Shown here piece after piece: positions 47,342 to 52,972 of a DNA stretch of 52,972 nucleotides; the first letter of the stretch is position 1, and every line of letters starts with the position of its first letter. Origin of the DNA: an uncultured Clostridia bacterium (GTDB taxonomy: Bacteria; Bacillota; Clostridia; TANB77; CAG-508); contig CAJFJY010000002.1 of assembly GCA_904384205.1 (NCBI GenBank), positions 1 to 52,972 of the forward strand. The letters run 5' to 3'. The notes under the pieces were generated by a model. That model was not told the origin of the DNA. It did not search any database and was given only the letters and a program-made list of their open reading frames with translations. The position numbers and the translations under genes were made by a program.

Positions 47342-47949
47342 AAAAGTATTTTAACAGAAATAAAGAAGATGAAGGACAAGAAAAAACTAAGCGAAAAATA
47401 GAAAATTTAGTGGTTTTTGCAATTATATTAATAATTACTATAATATCAATTAATTTAATATGGAATGGTGACAAAAAGGAAAGTAGTGAAAATACAACAT
47501 CTAGTAAGATATTAGCTAAAAACAATGAAATAAGCTTAGAACAAAAAGCAGATAGTATAACAACAAATGAATTAGAAGTAAAATTAAAAAATATATTAAG
47601 TAAGATACAAGGAGTAGGTCAAGTAGAAGTATTTATAAACTATTCTGAATCAAGTGAAGTCATTCCAATGTATAATGAAAATTCTCAAACGAGCCTAACC
47701 GAAGAAACAGATACATCAGGGGGAGTCAGAAAAATACAAGAAACTGACACACAAAAAGAAATTATATATCAAGAAGATAGTGGGAGTAAAGAAGTAATAA
47801 CGCAAAAAGTTATTGAGCCTAAGATAGAAGGAGCAATAATAACAGCAGAAGGAGCAGGAGATGTAAATGTGAAAACAAATATAATACAAGCGGTAGAAGC
47901 AACTACTGGGCTCGCAACACATAAAATACAGGTATTTGTAATGGAGTAA
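47323..47949 (+). CDS. spoIIIAG: stage III sporulation protein AG
   Basis: One N-terminal TM. The C-terminal ring-building region has IEGAIITAEGAGD...ATTGLATHKIQVF. Confidence 0.88.
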   Translation: MFKDKLKKYFNRNKEDEGQEKTKRKIENLVVFAIILIITIISINLIWNGDKKESSENTTSSKILAKNNEISLEQKADSITTNELEVKLKNILSKIQGVGQVEVFINYSESSEVIPMYNENSQTSLTEETDTSGGVRKIQETDTQKEIIYQEDSGSKEVITQKVIEPKIEGAIITAEGAGDVNVKTNIIQAVEATTGLATHKIQVFVME

Positions 47950-47991
47950 AAATATATATAAATTATAGATATAGGGAGGAGAGAATTTATT

Positions 47992-48663
47992 ATGAAATTT
48001 TTCAAAAAAAATCAAGTTATCATTTATGTAATAGCTTTAATGTTGGTGGTAGCAGGATATTTGAGTTATACGACAGGAGACTTAGATAAAACAGCTTTAG
48101 TTAGTACAGAAGTAAATGAAGTGGTAGCCAAAGGAAATATAGGAGATGCACAATTAGTTAGTGGGGAAGTAGTAGAAAACCAAGAAGAACAGAGTAGTGA
48201 AAATAAAACTGTAGATGAAAATACAGTAGAAAACGCCGTAAATGAGCAAAATATCACAAGTCCAGCAAATGAAACCAATAATACAAATACAGTATCCACA
48301 AGTGCAACAACTACATCAGATAACTATTTTAAAACATCAAAATTAGAAAGAGATACAATGTATTCACAAATGTTAGAAACATATCAAAAAGTAATAGATA
48401 GTGAAAATTCGTTAGAGACTCAAAGACAATCAGCAACAGAAGAAATAACCAAAATAAATAATATCAAAAATAGTATAATGATATGTGAAAATTTAATAGG
48501 AACAAAAGGATTTGAAAACAATGTAATATTTGTAAACGGAGATAGTGTAACAGCAATAATAGGAGCAACAGAGCTAAAGCAAGAAGACATAGCACAAATA
48601 CAAAATATAATATCAAGAGAATTAAAAGCAAGTATAGAAAATATACATATAGCAATCAAATAG
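47992..48663 (+). CDS. spoIIIAH: stage III sporulation protein AH
   Basis: One N-terminal TM, a low-complexity linker and a C-terminal YscJ/FliF-like region. Last position in the operon. Confidence 0.8.
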   Translation: MKFFKKNQVIIYVIALMLVVAGYLSYTTGDLDKTALVSTEVNEVVAKGNIGDAQLVSGEVVENQEEQSSENKTVDENTVENAVNEQNITSPANETNNTNTVSTSATTTSDNYFKTSKLERDTMYSQMLETYQKVIDSENSLETQRQSATEEITKINNIKNSIMICENLIGTKGFENNVIFVNGDSVTAIIGATELKQEDIAQIQNIISRELKASIENIHIAIK

Positions 48664-48669
48664 CCAAAT

Positions 48670-48725
48670 GGTCAATTGGGGACAGGTACCGTTTAACCAT
48701 TTTTGGTCAAGTTGGGACAGGTTTC
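48670..48725. repeat. direct pair of the GGTCAA(T)TGGGGACAGGT repeat (same family as 7834-7897)
   Basis: GGTCAATTGGGGACAGGTACC (48670-48690) is identical to 7834-7854. A degenerate direct copy GGTCAAGTTGGGACAGGTTTC lies at 48705-48725. Confidence 0.85.
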
Positions 48726-48753
48726 ATTGTGCAAAATAAATTTGAAAAAAGTA

Positions 48754-48782
48754 TTGAAAAAAGATTTGAAATGTGCTAAGAT
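48754..48782 (+). promoter_or_regulatory. candidate promoter for tRNA-Trp (and glyQS)
   Basis: TTGAAA (48754-48759), 17-nt spacer, TGcTAAGAT (extended -10, hexamer 48777-48782). Confidence 0.4.
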
Positions 48783-48809
48783 TATAATTGTTCTGAATAA
48801 GAACTATTT

Positions 48810-48884
48810 AGGGGTATAGTGTCAATGGTAGCACATCGGTCTCCAAAACCGCCTGTGTGGGTTCGAATCCTACTACCCCTGCCA
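48810..48884 (+). tRNA. trnW: tRNA-Trp (anticodon CCA), 3' CCA encoded
   Basis: Cloverleaf folded by hand. Acceptor AGGGGTA/TACCCCT, D-arm GTGT/GCAC, anticodon loop CTCCAAA, T-arm GTGGG-TTCGAAT-CCTAC, discriminator G plus CCA. One T27-C43 mismatch in the anticodon stem. Confidence 0.9.
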
Positions 48885-48901
48885 ACTTCGGGGGAATTTT
48901 T

Positions 48902-50284
48902 ATGTTAAAATCAATGGAAACACTTGTGAATTTATGTAAGAACAGAGGATATATATATCCTGGTTCAGAAATTTATGGAGGATTAGCAAATACTTGGGAT
49001 TATGGTCCTTTAGGAAATGAGTTAAAAAATAATATTAAAGCTGCTTGGAGAAAGAAATTTATTCAAGAGAATCCTCATAATGTTGGATTAGATGCAGCAA
49101 TTTTGATGAATCCAGAGACTTGGGTGGCTTCAGGACATATTGGTGGATTTTCAGATCCATTGATAGATTGTAAAGAATGTAAAACAAGACATAGAGCAGA
49201 TAAACTAATTGAAGAGTGGTCTCATGAACAAGGAAAAGATATGATTGCAGATGGTATGAGTGATGAAGAACTTATAGACTTCATTGAAAAGAATAAAATA
49301 CCTTGTCCTGATTGTGGAAAAAGTAATTTTACTAATATAAGAAAATTTAATTTAATGTTTAAAACTTTCCAAGGAGTAACAGAAGATTCTACTAGTGAAA
49401 TATATTTAAGACCAGAAACTGCACAAGGAATTTTTGTTAATTTTAAAAATGTATTAAGAACAACAAGAAAAAAATTACCAATGGGTATTGCTCAAATTGG
49501 TAAAGCTTTTAGAAATGAAATAACACCAGGAAACTTTATATTTAGAACTCGTGAATTTGAACAAATGGAATTAGAATTTTTCTGCAAACCAGGTGAAGAC
49601 TTGGAATGGTTTGAATATTGGAGAAGTTATTGTAAAAACTGGTTGTTATCTTTAGGAATAAAAGAAGAAAATATTAGATTAAGAGATCATAGCAAAGAAG
49701 AGCTAGTATTTTATAGTAAAGCTACAACAGATATAGAATTTGCATTCCCATTTGGTTGGGGAGAATTATGGGGCGTTGCTGATAGAACAGATTATGATTT
49801 AAGTAGACATATGGAACATTCAAAACAAGATTTATCATATATGGATCCAGAGACAAATGAAAAATTTGTACCATATTGTATAGAGCCATCTTTAGGATGT
49901 GATAGAGCAGCATTAGCATTTTTATGTAATAGTTATGATGAAGAAGAAATTGCAGAAGGTGATACAAGAATAGTTTTACATTTACATCCAGCATTAGCAC
50001 CATTTAAAGTAGCAATTCTTCCATTATCTAAAAAATTGTCTGAAAAAGCAGAAGAAGTATATACAAATTTATCTAAATATTTTATGTGTGATTATGATGT
50101 TACAGGAAGTATCGGAAAGAGATATAGAAGGCAAGATGAAATTGGAACTCCATATTGTGTAACAATAGATTTTGATACTTTAGAGGATAATACTGTAACA
50201 ATAAGAGATAGGGATTCTATGGAACAAATTAGATTAAAAATAGATGATTTGAAAGATTGGATTGAAGAAAAAATAGAATTCTAA
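48902..50284 (+). CDS. glyQS: glycyl-tRNA synthetase (alpha2 homodimeric type)
   Basis: [25 protein letters not shown]-terminus and class II motifs ([21 protein letters not shown]). ATG 48902 lies 7 nt after GGGGGA. The listed ORF start 48857 overlaps the tRNA. Confidence 0.92.
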   Translation: MLKSMETLVNLCKNRGYIYPGSEIYGGLANTWDYGPLGNELKNNIKAAWRKKFIQENPHNVGLDAAILMNPETWVASGHIGGFSDPLIDCKECKTRHRADKLIEEWSHEQGKDMIADGMSDEELIDFIEKNKIPCPDCGKSNFTNIRKFNLMFKTFQGVTEDSTSEIYLRPETAQGIFVNFKNVLRTTRKKLPMGIAQIGKAFRNEITPGNFIFRTREFEQMELEFFCKPGEDLEWFEYWRSYCKNWLLSLGIKEENIRLRDHSKEELVFYSKATTDIEFAFPFGWGELWGVADRTDYDLSRHMEHSKQDLSYMDPETNEKFVPYCIEPSLGCDRAALAFLCNSYDEEEIAEGDTRIVLHLHPALAPFKVAILPLSKKLSEKAEEVYTNLSKYFMCDYDVTGSIGKRYRRQDEIGTPYCVTIDFDTLEDNTVTIRDRDSMEQIRLKIDDLKDWIEEKIEF

Positions 50285-50309
50285 AATAATTGTAAATATT
50301 TAAAAAAGG

Positions 50310-50343
50310 AAAAAGTCAATTTATGTAAAAAATTGACTTTTTT
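50310..50343. terminator. bidirectional terminator (glyQS / sspH convergent)
   Basis: AAAAGTCAATT pairs with AATTGACTTTT. An A-run lies 5' and a T-run 3'. Confidence 0.75.
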
Positions 50344-50448
50344 GTATATATACTTCCGACTATGCCAGAGGATATTTTTCCGTATTTTATGAAAATAAAG
50401 AAATAGTATATGAAAGTAGAAAATTATGTCGAAAAATCATAAAAAATG

Positions 50449-50631
50449 TTAATTTATATCTTCATATAAATCTTTTATAAAAACATCTCTTTCTTCAAAG
50501 TTATCAACAAACCCAATTTTAGCAGTTTGATTCCCATAATCTAATTCTTGAATCCAAACAGGTCTGTCATCATAAAAAATATCAAATTTTTGATCATTGT
50601 TAACAATTTGATTAATTCTTTTCATATCCAT
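50449..50631 (-). CDS. sspH: small acid-soluble spore protein, H-type
   Basis: MDMKRINQIVNNDQKFDIFYDDRPVWIQELDYGNQTAKIGFVDN... parallels the SspH layout (M.I.RA..IV.S......Y.G.PV.I..V......A.I......). The ATG follows GGAGGG. Confidence 0.7.
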   Translation of the reverse strand: MDMKRINQIVNNDQKFDIFYDDRPVWIQELDYGNQTAKIGFVDNFEERDVFIKDLYEDIN

Positions 50632-50658
50632 AATAATCCCTCCAATAACTTTTAATAA

Positions 50659-50686
50659 AGTATATCCAAAAAATTGACTTATATTC
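50659..50686 (-). promoter_or_regulatory. possible forespore (sigma-F/G-type) promoter for sspH
   Basis: Minus strand reads GAATA, 14 nt, GGATATACTT. This roughly fits a GywTA/GnATr -35 and a GGnrAnAnTw -10. Confidence 0.3.
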
Positions 50687-50755
50687 ATATTTAATATAAA
50701 ATTAAATAGTATGTAAAATTAGAACAATAAAAATATTCTAAGGAGGAAATTGTTT

Positions 50756-52396
50756 ATGAAAATATATTATAAAGATAAAGAATATGAAGTAAAAAAAGGA
50801 GAAACGATACAAGAAGTTTTACGAGAAGAAATAGAAAAAAGTGAATATACAGTAATAGGAGCATTATTTAATAATGAATATGAAAATTTAGGATTTGAAA
50901 TACAAGAAGAAGGAAAAGTTGACTTAATAGATATATCTACAAGAGAAGGAATGAAAATATATAAAAGAACGTTGACATATATACTTGGAAAAGCATTTGA
51001 AAAATTATTTCCAGGCAAAAAAATGGAAGTAAATTATCAATTGTCAAATGCAATGTTTTGTGAGGCAATAAATATGGATATAACAAATGAAGTTATAGAT
51101 AAATTGAATGAAGAAATGAGAATAATTGTAGATAAAGATTTGCAAATAAAACAAGTAGTAATGAATAGAGAAGAAGCAGAAAAATTCTTCGATAAAGAAA
51201 GCACATCAAAAGGAAGGTTGCAATTAGATTTAAAAAATAACAAAAAAATATATATGTACTATTGTGAAGATTATTATAATTATTGTTATGGCACACTTGC
51301 AAATAGAACAGGATGTGTGAACATATTTGAAGTAAAAAAATATAATGATGGTTTCATAATTAGATATCCAAGTACAAAAAATCCAAAAGTTTTGCCAGAA
51401 TTTATAGAAACAAAAAAACTAGCATGGGCAATAGATGAATATGAAGATATACATAGAATATTAAATGTAGATAGAGTATATAAGTTAAATGAAGCAATAG
51501 AAAGAGATAATATAAAAGATGTAATATTACTAGCAGAAGCCTTGCATGAAAAGAAAATAGCAAATATTGCAGATAACATAGCAAAAGATAGAAATATAAA
51601 AATGGTATTAATTGCAGGTCCTTCATCATCAGGAAAAACAACATTTGCACAAAGATTAGGAATACAATTAAGATTAAATCGAATAAAACCCGTAACGATA
51701 TCAGTAGACAATTATTTTGTAGAAAGAAGTGAAACTCCTAGAGATGAAAATGGAGATTATGATTTTGAAACAATAGAAGCAATAGACTTAAAATTATTTA
51801 ATGATCATTTAAATAAATTGATAAATGGAGAAGAAGTAGAAGTACCTGAATTTAATTTTATAAAAGGAACTAAAGAATACAAAGGAAAAAAATTGAAATT
51901 AGAAAAAGACCAAATATTAGTAATAGAAGGAATACACTGTTTAAATGATAAACTAACAAGTACAATAGATAAGAAAAATAAATATAAAGTATATATAAGT
52001 GCACTTACAGTATTAAATTTAGATAGATTTAATAGAATATCAACAACAGATACAAGGCTAGTAAGAAGAATAGTAAGGGATCATCAATTTAGAGGATATA
52101 ATGCAAAACATACAATAGCGACATGGAATAAAGTAAATGATGGGGAAGAAAAAAATATATTTCCATTCCAAGAACAAGCAAATGTTATATTTAATACATC
52201 CTTAATTTATGAATTATGTGCTTTAAAACCAATAGTAATGCCATTATTAGAAGAAATTACAAATAAAGATTTAGAATATGCAGAAGCACAAAGATTAATT
52301 AATATGCTTAAATATTTTGAGGAAGTGCCAAAAGAATATGTTCCGGCAAATTCTTTATTGAAAGAATTTTTAGGTGGAGGATACTTCAAGTACTAA
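50756..52396 (+). CDS. TGS-domain / ThrRS-N-terminal-like region fused to a uridine-kinase-family P-loop kinase
   Basis: N-terminal beta-grasp-like IYYKDKEYEVKKGETIQEVL. P-loop IAGPSSSGKTTFAQRL. The IEGIH..N and RRIVRDHQFRG region is typical of Udk-like kinases. Confidence 0.75.
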   Translation: MKIYYKDKEYEVKKGETIQEVLREEIEKSEYTVIGALFNNEYENLGFEIQEEGKVDLIDISTREGMKIYKRTLTYILGKAFEKLFPGKKMEVNYQLSNAMFCEAINMDITNEVIDKLNEEMRIIVDKDLQIKQVVMNREEAEKFFDKESTSKGRLQLDLKNNKKIYMYYCEDYYNYCYGTLANRTGCVNIFEVKKYNDGFIIRYPSTKNPKVLPEFIETKKLAWAIDEYEDIHRILNVDRVYKLNEAIERDNIKDVILLAEALHEKKIANIADNIAKDRNIKMVLIAGPSSSGKTTFAQRLGIQLRLNRIKPVTISVDNYFVERSETPRDENGDYDFETIEAIDLKLFNDHLNKLINGEEVEVPEFNFIKGTKEYKGKKLKLEKDQILVIEGIHCLNDKLTSTIDKKNKYKVYISALTVLNLDRFNRISTTDTRLVRRIVRDHQFRGYNAKHTIATWNKVNDGEEKNIFPFQEQANVIFNTSLIYELCALKPIVMPLLEEITNKDLEYAEAQRLINMLKYFEEVPKEYVPANSLLKEFLGGGYFKY

Positions 52397-52400
52397 AATA

Positions 52401-52425
52401 GGGATTTAGGGACGTATCTCAAATC
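52401..52425. repeat. GGGATTT-W-GGGAC repeat, copy 4
   Basis: GGGATTTAGGGACGTATCTCAAATC lies 5 nt after the stop codon and is followed by a T-run. Confidence 0.7.
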
Positions 52426-52453
52426 TTTCTGATTTTTTAAAATAATATTTCAA

Positions 52454-52813
52454 GTGAAAAGTAATAAAGATAAAAGGAATGATAGAATATTGGAAAGTAG
52501 AAAATTTACAGAAATAGATGAAGAATTTATATGTGAAAATTGTGGTAAAAAAGTAGAAAAATTGGGATATACAAGTAGAGATCATTGTCCACATTGTTTG
52601 TATTCAAAGCATGTAGATATTAATCCAGGAGATAGACAAGAAACATGCCATGGAACATTGGTACCAATAGGGATAGAAACAAATTCGAAAAAAGGATATG
52701 TGATAATATATAAATGTGATAAATGTGGAAAAATAAGAAAAAACAAAGCTGCCAAAGATGACAACTTTGATTTGATAATAAAATTAAGTGCCAACGGGGC
52801 TTTAGATTTTTGA
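52454..52813 (+). CDS. RNHCP-domain zinc-ribbon protein
   Basis: CENCGKK...SRDHCPHCLYSKHVD...CHG...YKCDKCGK. It has four Cys pairs and an R(N/D)HCP motif. GTG start. Confidence 0.7.
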   Translation: MKSNKDKRNDRILESRKFTEIDEEFICENCGKKVEKLGYTSRDHCPHCLYSKHVDINPGDRQETCHGTLVPIGIETNSKKGYVIIYKCDKCGKIRKNKAAKDDNFDLIIKLSANGALDF

Positions 52814-52895
52814 CAACTTTCTTAAATTTAAACTTTTTTGCTGAATTATATTATTTTATAAAAATCTGTTCATTTCATTCGAAAAGAATTTATAA

Positions 52896-52970
52896 TATTT
52901 CTGGATGAGCCTCTTTCATTCAGGCTCAAAATCAAAGATTTTGCCCATGAACATCCCTCATCCAGAAATA
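52896..52970. repeat. 75-nt inverted-repeat element with two internal hairpins (at window edge)
   Basis: The 14-bp perfect arms TATTTCTGGATGAG / CTCATCCAGAAATA enclose GAGCCT...AGGCTC and CAAAATC-AAA-GATTTTG hairpins. Confidence 0.75.
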
Positions 52971-52972
52971 AA

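Noticed and set aside
50343-50375. Second copy or circle-junction of the 38191-38311 element
   Set aside because: The similarity (TATATATAC..TTCCGACT..CCAGAGGATAT) is short and AT-dominated, and was judged by eye only. It is mentioned as something to align properly, not asserted.

Overview
Very AT-rich (roughly 27% GC by eye) chromosomal segment from a spore-forming Firmicute, probably Clostridia-like, since it carries a complete spoIIIAA-AH operon and sspH. Almost all genes are on the + strand and are housekeeping. In order: cca (partial), a Nudix/HAD/rdgB house-cleaning cluster, an ABC-2 transporter, a DUF3298 protein (-), LD-carboxypeptidase, murI, dps, a GT2 + GT-C glycosyltransferase pair, rimP-nusA-ylxR-L7Ae-infB-rbfA-nrnA-[insert]-truB, PBP1A, cysS-galE-argS, lexA, a heterodimeric ABC exporter, mgtA (-), a GH73 glucosaminidase, yebC, spoIIIAA-AH, tRNA-Trp, glyQS, sspH (-), a TGS-uridine-kinase fusion and an RNHCP protein. 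I saw no CRISPR array, intact transposase, prophage or recognisable multi-gene defence operon, and I could not identify a convincing novel protein-coding system. Four signals stand out. (1) Several families of long imperfect palindromes, some sharing a GGGAC(A/G)G core, sit flush against stop codons; two lie inside the nusA-infB operon and one pair brackets a whole gene in inverted orientation. (2) There is clustered gene decay: an in-frame TAA in rdgB, a +1 frameshift in an ABC exporter, an internally deleted aldo/keto reductase, a 5'-truncated Rpn-family gene and an RHH remnant. (3) An AAA-ATPase/PD-(D/E)XK gene is inserted between nrnA and truB, with a C-terminal-only Rpn fragment after truB. 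(4) tRNA-Trp lies 17 nt upstream of glyQS, with no room for a T-box leader. All calls come from reading the sequence and translations; no searches were run.
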